Source of the DNA: Phoronis australis
Lineage: Eukaryota; Animalia; Phoronida
Reading direction: 5' to 3'
Assembly (NCBI GenBank): GCA_002633005.1
Contig: NMRA01000316.1
Coordinates: forward strand, 13,598 to 77,597
Length of the DNA: 64,000 bases
Numbering within the stretch: position 1 is the first letter of the stretch; the number at the start of each line of letters is the position of its first letter. Of this stretch, positions 51,896-64,000 are shown piece after piece. Made by a program: the position numbers and the translations under genes. Under the pieces are notes generated by a model. It searched no databases, was not told where the DNA came from, and was given only the letters and a program-made list of their open reading frames with translations.

Positions 51896-54800
51896 ACGGT
51901 GGATCTTCTTAAACCTGTAAACCATGAAAATTTCATTGAGACAGTTTTGTTCTTCTAACATGTTCAACTAACATTCCGTTCATGCAAGACGGTTAGTACG
52001 TTCGCGTTTAAGGCGTTATTGCAACAGGTAAGTGTTGTTTTGATTTTTGTTTGGTGTTTCCATATTTTATTCCGTTATGTATTCCTCTTTTCAGATAGTC
52101 ACTGTTATTCTTCAACAACAATTCTGTACATATAACGAGACTTCAATAAACTCGCGACTGTTCATACTTTAAATGTTAGCAGAAGTGTGTAGTGTCCTTC
52201 AGCAGAGACCTGTGGGAAGAACTATTTTCCGTAACTGTAGCAAGTATATGACGCACTGAAATGAAAATGGTCGACATAGGTGGATTGTAATTGGTTAAGA
52301 AAGAAAATTAAGTATATAAATAGTAGACCGGTTCTTGAATTGCCTGGTTCACGTCCTTCATGAGCTCACGCTGTCCCAAACTGAATGCTTTCGTTTTTCT
52401 TTTCAGGTCGCCACTAGTCGATTCTTCTAACAGTCGTGATCTGCCCAGTAGCCTATCGTATCAACGTGCGCAACAACGGTCTTGGCAGGGGGTTGCACCT
52501 AGCAGACTCCCTTAGAATTAGTGGCACAAAATCGACATTGGTGTGCAGCAGGAGGCCAGGTGGCGGCGTAGTGACTGCGGGAGACTGAGCTTCGCAAAAT
52601 TGGTGACGACCATGGACGGCGCTGAACTGGTGACGACCAGAAGAAATGGCCCTGTTATCTTCCACGCAGATTGTCAGAAAATGTTAACGATTTTCAGTTT
52701 CATTTCATCAAGAAACACATTTCACAAGTCAGAGTTTTCACTGTGGTTAAAAACGTAAGTGAACCCAGATGTGTTAGTTCACCTCAGTTGCATGAAGACG
52801 CGCCAGTGTATCACTGAGTTAACGTCGGGCGTTTCAAAGGCTGTGGATGAGAAAGGTTTTAATTGTGAAAAACGGTTGGGTGAATTTGATGTTGGTAGCA
52901 TCTGAAATTGCATTCGCTTTCTAGACAACGCCCTTGTATATACAATATGTTAATCAATCGTGTCTTCAGCCGCGCAGCTCTGTACTAGTCGACACATTCC
53001 CATCGTTTGCAGTAGGCCTAAACATGTAGAACGACAGCGCTTCTTCAACAATTCAGAAGACTACCAGGACGACGAATGGGGATCACAAGTCGATGAGAAC
53101 CTACTCATTTTACTATCATGATTGTCTTTGTAATCTATTTTGGGTAATTGTTCATTCGAAGTTTTCATGTTGAAACTGAGCTTTCAGTTAATATGGAAAT
53201 AAATGTGTCAGAGTTAACTTGCGTTTTGGTTTGTAACCAGCAGACAATGCATGGATACGTTTAACAAACATTAGTATATTCTATGTTCTCGTCATTGTTC
53301 ATAACTTTCTTCATTGAACTCGTTCTTACATCCATTACTGTTACGTTTAATGTAAAATTTGTTAAAATTCAGAAAGCGCGTGTTTTGATGGTCAGGAACC
53401 CTCTTTGTGCGTCGAATACTCAAGTCCAGCTTTTTATTGGGAAACCATGCGTTGACAGCGCAAACTCGACATTTTTTATTGAGAAAACGCACTTTTACAA
53501 AAGAGAATCAGTTGTCTGCAACGTTTCATGTGCGTCAAAAACGCAAACCAGACCCACTCATTGGAAAGCCCACATTGGTCACAAGGAAGACTCTTTTTTC
53601 ACAACGCAGACCGATATTTCAAGTGAGATGGCGCAATTTGAAAAGATTCCGTCACTTGCCGAGAACGGTTTTTAAGCATTGGCAATGCAAGCCAAATATT
53701 TCATAATGAGAAAGCGCATCTTTGCAAAGAAGAACCAACACTTGTCGGCAACGGTCTTTGTGCGTCGACAGCGCACATTTCTTATTGGAAAAGCCAGGTT
53801 TTCAAAAATTAACAGCGCAGACCATTTGAGTCTCATTTACCTGCAATTATACTGCTATCAAATGACCAAGCCAGCAATGTTGGTACTACGACCGCTCATC
53901 GAAATAATGTACACGTACACCCACAAAATTCGTACAGTAGCGGAAACCCAAATTTGGAGGTCTGCCAAATTCGGACACCACAAAAATGATGATTCGCGAG
54001 ATTTGTCCAAGGTTGAATTTTTTCAATTGGAATTAATTTTCAGTGTCCGAAAATCACGCGTAATGATTTGAAATAATTTCCATTTTAATTAACTCACTAT
54101 AACAGTAAATAATAATTTGGCAACTCATGCTATAAACACTCCCACTAAACAAGATCTTGTCAAACCCCAGTGATCAGGGAAAACTGTGGGGTTTGGCCAA
54201 CTGAAATAGACCGTATTAATCCACCTTGGCTGTGTCACGCTAAGCTCACGATCAAAGGGATCCTGCCTAGCTGCTCTATTCATTGAGTCACCAGCGAGGA
54301 TAATTGGCTTCGCTCATACGGATGCGATCAGCTGATTACAATTTAGCCTAGATGACCGTACTTTTTACGGAGAGCGTTTTACATAGTTTTGAGTGTAATA
54401 TTTGAAAAGAGAGAATAAAATGTTGGTACAACTTTGAATTTTTCAAATTGGTCCAGAATAAGAGATTTAACAACACAGCAACACTCACGATTACTTTCAT
54501 TCGGCGCGCACGAATACAAAAATATAGAACCCAAGTTATTTAGATTTTGGAACACATGCATTGCAATATTCAAAATACGTTTATTATAACTCTTACAAGC
54601 TGTAAAACGACTTTGCTTAATTTCATTGTGCTCATTCACTGTCATCTGTCAAATCGGAAATTTCCGAGATATGATCTATGGCGTGCGCGTATGTAATACA
54701 AAACATGTGATTGTTATGTTCCTGAAGTACGAACATTAAGAAACTTTAGCATGCCGTTATTATTAACAGGGACACAATAAAACGAATTTGGATTTTGACG

Positions 54801-55982
54801 ATAAACTTGATACAGTGAGCTGGCTGACCACTGTGTCAGTGTCTTCGTTAGACCAAGAAATCCACACAGCCCGAGTAGTTCACCTCGTCACCTCGTCCCC
54901 AACATGTAGATCAAGCCTAAGACCATTAAAGTTTTACTCCACGGTAGAGCTAACGGCCGTCGGCCTGTGCACACAAAATCTGTGAGTTAACCGGCACTTA
55001 CCTTGCACATAGCAGCTGTGAAAACAATCTAATGAACGCCATTTTCTTGCATAATCCTCCTCCTTTTGTAACAAAAAATTCTGTCGTTGACGACCCGCAC
55101 GCGCTTCCTCACTCACTCTCATACGCAGACGAACTTCAAAACAAACATCACGTGACAACAACAACATGTGTGTTCATCCAGATTTTTTTCATGTTGTGGG
55201 GTACGATGTAGCGCAGATTTGGACTTAATCACAATTAATCTGGACTCCACATGAACTTTAAAAAATGTAAAACATGAGGACGATTTCAGGTAATTTGTTA
55301 AGTCGAAACTATATTATTATTCAAGAATTCAAGTTTTTCTATCGACGATCGCGATTCAGCGACGTATCAGTCAGCAAGATTTCGCCCCGGGATTTCAGCA
55401 CAATTTTTTGAAAAATGATCTAAACTTAACAACGGAGTTTGATAGCAATGCACCACAATTTTATAGAAAGACTGTCATATGCTACAAATATGTCACAGAG
55501 CGTAAATTTGATGAATCCTGGCTTCCGATTTTACCCGTTTCAGAAACCAGGTTTCAACTGCCTTAGGCTACAATAAGCATCCCCTCCACGTGAAATGAAT
55601 TTTTCTAAGGGTTTATTAGAGCCAATACAGAATACAGCTTTCCACCAAGGCTAGGTGATGCTACCACATTATTCTTTGTTGCATTATTTAACTGGTCTCG
55701 GCTAATTATCATTTTATGGCCTAGTCATCCATTCAGCCAAAAGGAGTTCCATAGGTGACTTATCAGCCAATTATTCACGCAATAAATGATGACTCACAAT
55801 AGAAGCCTGATAAGAGTGAAGGTGGATAAATGCAGTGTTCCTACAGTTTCTTGTGGTAGTGGATGTGTTCAGGACATGACAAGCAAAACACGAGAGCAAT
55901 TATACAGAATGCCATAGATGCAGGTGACAGATGCTTATAAGGAAATCACATAAGTGAAAAATACCGAAAAAGTCAAGCTGAC

Positions 55983-56237
55983 CTCGTTCTTAACACAGCA
56001 TGAAGATCGGTCATCCGCTCAGCATAAACAGTCAACATGGCCGACAGTAAACCAGAGCACGCCTCAGCTGTGTGACCGATATCCAGGCTCTTCACGTGAT
56101 TGAGCAGAGTAAAAAACCAACGCACGGCACCGGCAGAGCTTGCAGCCAAAGCCCCAGGCAGGCACACCAGGAGGGCCTGTAGCAGACTGTGATTGAACAG
56201 TGGGGCAGCTTCCTTGGCAGGGGAGTTCCACATTAAC
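55983..56237 (-). pseudogene. BIRC6: BIRC6/Bruce homologue, exon A (frame open)
   Basis: SSAGAVRWFFTLLNHVKSLD...ACSGLLSAM...LHAVLRTR (BIRC6 WYFVLLNYVKDED...ACASLLTAV...ALLQTR). Acceptor ttctacacag, donor AG|gtcagc, phase 2 matching exon B. Confidence 0.88.
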
Positions 56238-56251
56238 CTGTGTAGAAAGTA

Positions 56252-56740
56252 CACCCCTTACAAAAATGAACTTAAGTTTTTCGCTGAAAACTTAAGTTTT
56301 TGGCGAAAAAACTTAAGTTTTTGGAAAATAACTTAAGTTTTGGAGGAAAAACTTAAGTTCTTCCGAAAAACTTAAGTTTTTAAAAGAAACTTAAATTTTT
56401 AAAACTTATTTTTTCGGCAAAAACTTAAGTTTTTCAGCACAATGTTAAGTTTTTCAGAAAACTTAAGTTTTTCAGAAAACTTAAGTTTTTTCAGGTGTAA
56501 AACTTAAGTTTTCACAAATAAACTTAAGTTTCAAGTAATAACTTAAGTTTTCATGAAAACTTAAGTTTTTTGAACTAACAAAACTTAAGTTTTTCTGATA
56601 ACTTAAGTTTATCTCAAAACTTAAGTTTTTGTAATTTTAAAAACTTAAGTTTTCCTGACTTCTTAAGTTTTTCGAAAACTTTAGTTTTTCCAATTATAGA
56701 AACTTAAGTTTTCCTGACTTCTTAAGTTTTTCAAAAAACT
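56252..56740. repeat. Array of >20 palindromic AAAACTTAAGTTTT units, probably the subterminal repeats of a CACTA/EnSpm-like or foldback element
   Basis: Starts ta|cacccttacaaaaa; the unit recurs every ~19-23 bp and decays rightwards. Confidence 0.8.
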
Positions 56741-57695
56741 GGATTCTTTCAAGTGTGGAAATCTTGAATTTTCTAAAAACTGTAAGGTTTCTATGTGATT
56801 AAAATTTACGTTTTCAAGTTTTTAAAATTTGAATGTAGTGAGATATTTTTATATTTTGGTTCGAAAATTTTCCCATTATTTTCCAACAAAAAACAATTAT
56901 TTACTCTTGCAAAACCCATCATCTCATAAAAATGTTGCCCGAATGTTTCCTGAACATTTATATAGATACAAACCATAAAAGGACGACCGTTTAACCAGTA
57001 CTGATTTAGCTAGTGCAAAACGTAATCATTATCGCACGTCTTTGTGAATTTAAATGTAGACGAACATCCGGTGACCAACAGCAGTAAGAATGCACCCAAT
57101 GTTAATCCCCTGAGACACTGACCTAGTCAGTACAATTTAATCAATAGAACTCATGCAATTCTTAAAAAAACGTAGTTATTGTGCAAGTTTCCTTTGTGTT
57201 GAGTTGTATTCGTAAGGCAGTTTTCACCGGAAGTCAACAGTTTGAATTTTATAACGACAGTCAACTTCGAAGAAAAAGTCGTGTGTTGGCCAGCCCGCGA
57301 CAATGAAGTTTATATTTCTACGAGCAGAGCCAGCAAGAAAACATTTCAGAAGTTTTGGAAGTCAGGTTAGTGCCAGAGAGCGTTCTAAAATCGATTGGCC
57401 ATCGGTGCTGTGATTTTCAACGAACGTTCAGTTGTTTGTCAACTACTCAGTCACGAGCCACGCTGTCACATACCAACATGGACTCATTCTATGTGTGAAT
57501 TATCTAAACTTCTAACGCGTAATATACTTCTGGAGGTCCATCAAAGGAAGCCATAACGTTCACATAAGGCTATTACTCTAATTATATTTCTGTCTTCTGA
57601 GGTTGTGTCAGTGTGATAAATGCAAGGGCGGGGGGGGGGGACTACCAAGTACCAAGGCAAAGTGNAGGTCACTAATTTGCAAGGTTCACTTGCCT

Positions 57696-57933
57696 CATCC
57701 ACGCACCAATCCTAAAATTTGGGGGGTGCTCAAATTTTTGGGCATGTTGACCTTTTACTAAAAAAACGTGGTATGTTCAGAGCTGTGCACAGTGCATTCC
57801 TGAATTACAGCTTTTTAGTGGTCTCGTGTCTCGTTTTCTCAATTTTTTTTGTTTCTATGAGGCTGACCTTTTCATGGCCACTTCGGCAAGTGGGGGGGGG
57901 TGCTCGTTCGAACCTCCCCTGGGTGCGCGCATG
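57696..57933. mobile_element. MITE, CATG-ended family, 5-bp TSD TGCCT
   Basis: tgcct|catccacgcacc ... gggtgcgcgcatg|tgcat; the flank reads tgcct in the duplicated copy at 58258. Confidence 0.75.
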
Positions 57934-58901
57934 TGCATGGTTCTCAAAATTAAGAATCACCAATGTAACTATTGTATTGCCTATTTTGACTGATTTGCTC
58001 AGGTTTCACGGGAGGATCTAGGTTATTGAATGTGAAGGGACATCCCGATCCCGCTACTAGTACCCTATCTGGAATACCTCCCGCATAGGTCACAATGTAC
58101 CCAAGTGAAATCTCACCAGTCAGCATGTTAACTATTGTGAAGCACAGTGAAACTTGCATAATTCCTATCTAATTGCACCAAATAATTNACCTTTTCATGC
58201 CCACTTCGGCAAGTGGGGGGGGGGTGCTCGTTCGAACCTCCCCTGGGTGCGCGCATGTGCCTGGGTCTCAAAATTAAGAATCACCAATGTAACTATTGTA
58301 TTGCCTATTTTGACTGATTTGCTTAGGTTTCACGAGGTTATTGAATGTGAAAGGACATCCCGATCCCGCTACTATTACCCTATCTGGAATACCTCCCGGC
58401 ATAGGTCACAATGTACCCAAGTGAACTCTCACCAGTCAACATGTTAACTATTGTGAAGCACAGTGAAACTTGCATAATTCCTATCTAATTGCACCAAATA
58501 ATTCAATGCCAATAAGGAAATCTGTGTGATTTGACCTTGGGATTGAGTATGTGCTTTCGAATTTTTACCGGGTTGTGGAATACTAGAATGTGGCAAAAGT
58601 TTGCATATTCAGACTTAAAATTGTCACCTTCAATGCGAGTTCAACTGGTTTTATTGAAATCAAATATTTCAATGTCATGGTGAAAGTGATAGTTAATCTG
58701 NGGATTGAGTATGTGCTTTCGAATTTTTACCGGGTTGTGGAATACTAGAATGTGGCAAAAGTTTGCATATTCAGACTGAAAATTTTCACCTTCAATGCGA
58801 GTTCAACTGGTTTTATTGAAATCAAATATTTCAATGTCATGGTGAAAGTGATAGTTAATCTGTGTACAACTTTATCTAGGAGTTGAGTTGAGTTGAATAT
58901 C

Positions 58902-60689
58902 CTGGGTGAGAAACATCATGACCGCCGGTCCTCTAAACTGGACCTCCAGGAATCAAATGGGACCGCCGCACCAGAAAATGGGACTGACGCACCTAAAAAC
59001 ATGACTGCCCCACCACAAAACAGGACCGCGGGGGACTAAAACCGCAATGACTAAGATTTATTATCGTTAGGCCTACACAGATCATACAATGGGGCTATGT
59101 ACGTATGCACATGCAGGTCTTGTGTAGATTAATCCACCGGAATCTTTTGTGCGCAATAGAGGACACTTCGCTTTGTAATACACGGCGCTTTTGAGTTTTA
59201 CTCATCACCAGGCTCCCGGCTGCGGTATGTGACTTATAAACAATTGAAAGGTCAACATTTAATAAATCTAACAGTTCAAAACAACCACGTTGTACGCTTT
59301 TGAGCTAAATAATTATAATTTTATCCACTGCGTAAGTTTTAGAACAATATGAAAATCATTTTCTCCAATTTGACGTTTAAAGTTAGTCAAGTAAAAAAAC
59401 GGGCCTTCTGGTTCCCGGGTGAAGCATCATAAAAAAAAAAAACAGTGCAGGTGGTCTGATGTCATTTGCGGTGCATCAGACGTGCGCAGGCCTCATGGTT
59501 GGGCCCANCGTAAGTTTTAGAACAAAATGAAAATCATTTTCTCCAATTTGACGTTTAAAGTTAGTCAAGTAAAAAAACGGGCCTCCTGGTTCTCGGGTGA
59601 AGCATTATCATACTAGCTGCCTTTTTGCGGCAAAGCTGTATACTAAATATACAGCTTTGCGCCGATGTGGGTAAAAAACTGAACATGTAAAATCTTCACC
59701 CGGCGAATATGTGTTATTAACGACACTCATCCTTGAGTAAACTAAATTATTTCATCGGCGCTCGAGAAAAATTGTCGTTCTGTCGTTATTCTGCGTTCTC
59801 TTAAGTCGGCTTACATTGGCCGGTTCCTTTTCCCCCCGGCCGATTCTTCAGTCAACTGTTCTTCTACAAGGTTGCATACCTGGCACAACAAATTATCTAA
59901 ACTGGTTTCATTTCGTTATAAGTTTTTAGTATACCAGCAAATTGAATTTCAGAACAATTCTTGTTGCCGCGAAGTTGTCGTCATCTTCCAAAAGATGTCG
60001 CAAAATTTTTCTGAGGAAATGNCGGCCGATTCTTCAGTCAACTGTTCTTCTACAAGGTTGCGTACCTGGCACAACAAATTATCTAAACTGGTTTCATTCC
60101 GTTATAAGTTTTTAGTATACCAGCAAATCGAATTTCAAAACAATTCTTGTTGCCGCGAAGTTGTCGTCATCTTCCAAAAGATGTCGCAAAATTTTTCTGA
60201 GGAAATGGCGCGTGCACATGTCACGAGGGCGACAAACTTATTGTTACAATAGTTCATAGACTGTTTTTCACTCAAGCTGTTGCGACCTGCAAGGTGAGTG
60301 TTGGTTGACGCCTACATTTTGCGTGTGCCTGCACTGGTCGCGCGCTCTACTACATGTTGATGTAAGTTTCACGACGAGGTGACTAGCAGAACTACCCGGG
60401 CTGTGGGAAATTTCGGGGATGTAACGGAGCTCAATAACGCTAAGCTGTCAAGCTTTTTTTTGGCGATAGTCTTTACACAGCTATCTGACCGGTTACGTCA
60501 TAACCCGCAGTATCACAAAGGCCTTAACTACTCAGTCCCCGGCGGTCCTGTTTTGTGGTGGGGCGGTCATGTTTTTAGGTGCATCAGTCCTGTTTTGTGG
60601 TGGGGCGGTCATGTTTTTAGGTGCGTCAGTCCTGTTTTGGGTGAGTCGGTCTGATTTAGAGGACCGGCGGTCGTATTGTTTCTCACCCT
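58902..60689. mobile_element. Non-autonomous hAT-like DNA transposon with subterminal GGACCGC/GACTG repeats
   Basis: gggtgagaaaca..tgaccgccggtcctctaaa / tttagaggaccggcggtcg..tgtttctcaccc; flanked by tgaatat on both sides (7-8 bp TSD). Confidence 0.75.
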
Positions 60690-62402
60690 TGAATATGAAC
60701 TGACTAGAATGATCTCCTCATGTCTGTAGGGGCATATTCGTTTCCCTCTAGAAATTTGCTTGAAACCTAAATTTAATATCTTTGCAAATGTCAACCAGTA
60801 AATTGATTGGTAGGAGTACTATTTTTGTTTCCTGTAGTACATGAGATAATAATTTTATTTTTACTGTAAACTATTATGGTTACGTAAGACTTCTCGTGAA
60901 GACCATGCCAGTATCTTCAATGGTGGATTCAGAAGACATCTAAGTGGCCATGACCCCGGCCCCCTAAAACGCTACAAGATCAATTGGCAGTTGGGGGGCA
61001 GGGGGTGAATGCCTGATAGGCAAAACCCTACTTTGCCCTAACCCCCCAACTCAAAATCCTGGACCCCCCACCACCCCTGATCTTTACATGGATAACATTC
61101 CCTGTAAATGGGTTATATCTGGATTCTTAAGAAGCTATCACATACTGTTCTGTTTACTAATATCTCACTGTTTTCAGGTCTCTATTAACTTGGCAGAGTA
61201 CGTGGAAGAACAAGACATCCAAACATTTGCATCGAAACAATCACCCAGGGGTGGTATTGGGCTGTTTACATCGACATGGCAGGTAGAGCTTCATATGTTT
61301 CATTGTTGAGTTAAAAATAGTGCTGCTATCAGGGTTTGAATTTGAAACAATATGAAATTTGTCCTTGGTTTAGCCAATGGGATTATAATCTTTAACAAGC
61401 TCACTGATTCTTGTAGCCATTTGGTCAAGTCAATGTAAAGCTTCTTGGTTTTGCTATAAGTTTCAAAAAGTACACGCGGAAGTATACATGTGAGATTAAA
61501 CTTTCAGTTCTAACCCTGGTTGTGCCGGCTAAATGTCCATGAAACATTAGTAAGAAGTTCTATGCTGGCTGGAAACAGCTAGTTAGAATACAACTAGCTC
61601 TGCTCATTATGTAGAGTTGTGCATTTTCTTATCAGATTAACGAATTAAACAATGAAAAGTTCATAAAAATAATGGGAATTGAAGTTTATTGCAGTTGCCA
61701 ACAGTTTCATCATTTGATAAAAATATGAATTAATTTGTCATAGAACTTGAACTAAAAAGTTACATAATACGATACCTGGTTAGCCTGAAGTCCAACTTTT
61801 ATTAACACATTAAGTTTTGTCATATGCACGGTTTGTTCTAGATTGTGATAGCATGATAGGTGACCATGTGCATGTTTTGTATTCAAGTTGTATAGAATAA
61901 AATTGTTTTGAATGTCGCGAATCCAGGATTAAAACTTCATTCAAAACAGTATGTGGAAAACTGACCCACTACAGTGCATGCTTGAAGTAAACTTGCAGAC
62001 TAGTCTTGCACTTGAATCCTGGAGAGTGATTGGTTAAATTTTGTGTTTGAAGACTATTTTCTAGGCTCTGTATGTAAGTCAGGAAGTTTTACAAATCAGT
62101 GTTGTATAAACAGCACGATAAATATCCAGCAAGTTGAGTTGTCTTATACAGATAGCTTTTACCCGTCTGTTATTAAAATTTTTTGTCTTTATTGCAGAGT
62201 GTGCCTTCAACAATCGTTGGATAAGGAAGGCTACCCAGACAACGCAACGTACGCACTTACGAACTGCAGCTCATGAACCTATGAATTCAGTTATCTGTGC
62301 TCAGAAACGCACGTTTGTAGTCACAAAACATGGATTATTTGCCTGTGAAGCTACGCGAGCAGATCCAGCTAAAGAAGATTAAGTGGCTTGTGGTCTACCA
62401 TA

Positions 62403-62904
62403 GGGCCCTTTCACATTGACTTAACTCTTGTCTGAGTGGAGCATCGGCGTACACTGCAAAGTTAACTGGACCTTGTCCTTCATTCTGGCTTCGGTCGTTA
62501 ATGAACTTCGAAGTAAACAGTAGGTGACGCTGTCGTGATCGAAGGTATCGCAAGGTAGCACTGCACGCTAAGATGTGACAACTTGGGAACATTTACATGT
62601 GTTAATTGACATAAAACTTATTTTTAAATTGATTGGTGATTATTATAGCAAGGTATAAGCAACTATTAGCCATCACACTACTATGCAATTGTTAATGATA
62701 ACAGTGGCCCCTGGCAATAACTTCGATAGGACTGAAGTTGATCGTTTATACTGCGTGGCAGCGTTGATGCTAAGCATTTAAATCCACCTGTTTAGTGCGA
62801 AGTTAACTGGCGCTGTTAACCTCCTTCCAGGACCAAAGTTTAAGCGTTCATACTGACATTAACTCCCAAAAACTTCGACATGTCGATGTTAGTATGAAAG
62901 GCCC
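62403..62904. mobile_element. Harbinger-like MITE
   Basis: tagggccctttcacattgac ... gttagtatgaaaggcccta inverted termini. Confidence 0.6.
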
Positions 62905-64000
62905 TATATGTGCATGAAGTACAGTAGCTTTAAATTAAAGGAAAAAGAATATTTTTGTGGTCGAATGTCTAAGTTTTCTAATTTCCATCTTGTATAAGCA
63001 GGTTGTACTTAGGGTTACTCTTAGTGAAACTTGTTCGCACCATGGAGTGTATTGAATTTACTGTTATTATGATTGTCAACAAAACGAAACTTTGACTTTT
63101 AAATTGATATTTTTAAGGTTGAAAACAATTATAGGTGATTCTAGGCATTATTTCTAGCATAAGGATTGTACTTCCCAAAATCAAACCTGTGGCCATTGTC
63201 GATAAACTTTTAGTTACCTGTTACGTTTTATGTTATGCTTTTGTCTCTGCGGATATTCTTGGATTTTGCATATTAAGTGATTTGTTATTCTTGGTGTCAT
63301 TGCTGTAATTTTNAAATATTGTCATTGTCCTTTATTGAACCGAGATTCTTGGATTTTAACAGTCTCTTCTCTCCTCAGTAAAACGTGTGTCTCGCGCAAC
63401 CACTCGGCAGTCGCTTTTCTGCCGATATATAGCCTATAGTGCCAGTGACCGCCATATTGATTTCTTTGTTTGGCCGGACTGCGTCGGGTCGCCTAACAAA
63501 AATGTGCGTTTGCAAGGGATTGTGTGAAGCACACATCGTTAAATGTTTTTGTTCCGACTAATTTTTCTTACGTGCTTGTATTTTACAACTGTCTTCTTGC
63601 CAAAATTGGATCTGGCTTGTTTATTATATCGCCTCCTTTGGTTCAGTCAAGGGGGTGGCTAGTAAACAAATCGTAACAGTTGACACAGTGTCAAAGAACG
63701 GCAGCCAGACCGGGTTGTTAGGGTTGTACTTTTTTGCTTTTCAACTTTTTCCACACCCGTGTAATCTAAACATTTCCCTAGTGTGAAATAAGCTAACTGA
63801 AGCAAAACAGTTTTAGCAATGTGTATTTTTGACACACTGAAATACAAGTTCAGAATTATGGGAGGGGAACCCAAAATTCATGAGCAATGATGGATGTGGG
63901 ATGCTTCAATGGCACGTTGTAGACAGGGTACCCNCCCCCCCCCCCCCCCTAAACTTCTCCCAGATAATATTAGGCAGTTTTGGGTGATGAGTATTACCCT

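Noticed and set aside
59872-60252. 126-aa ORF with an internal repeat
   Set aside because: Produced by the N-joined duplication inside a non-coding transposon.

Overview
AT-rich, intron-containing, transposon-dense eukaryotic DNA, most likely from an invertebrate animal; the species cannot be determined from the sequence. Most short six-frame ORFs are noise. (1) An apparently intact 3-exon gene (4479-4769, 25-nt micro-exon 7863-7887, 12652-13256; 306 aa) encodes a predicted secreted PAN/apple + fibrinogen-related-domain (FReD) protein with an unusually Cys-rich C-terminus. (2) A direct segmental duplicate (~3292-11520 copied at ~26426-34022) keeps exons 1-2 but lacks the FReD exon in this window; there are also smaller duplicated and inverted fragments of the same gene. 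(3) Four minus-strand exons of a BIRC6/Bruce homologue (46591-56237) are disabled by frameshifts, a stop codon and a PIF/Harbinger insertion exactly at a splice donor. (4) An SGNH-hydrolase ORF with tandem repeats lies at the left edge, probably part of a Ngaro/DIRS-type retrotransposon. (5) There are many TE remnants (Gypsy, L1/Tx1, Kolobok, Harbinger, hAT-like, CACTA-like, a CATG-ended 5-bp-TSD MITE family) and several N-joined duplications that look like assembly artefacts. I found no rRNA, tRNA or CRISPR array, and no clearly new multi-gene system. The PAN-FReD locus is the best candidate for something undescribed. All homology calls come from recalled motifs, not database searches.
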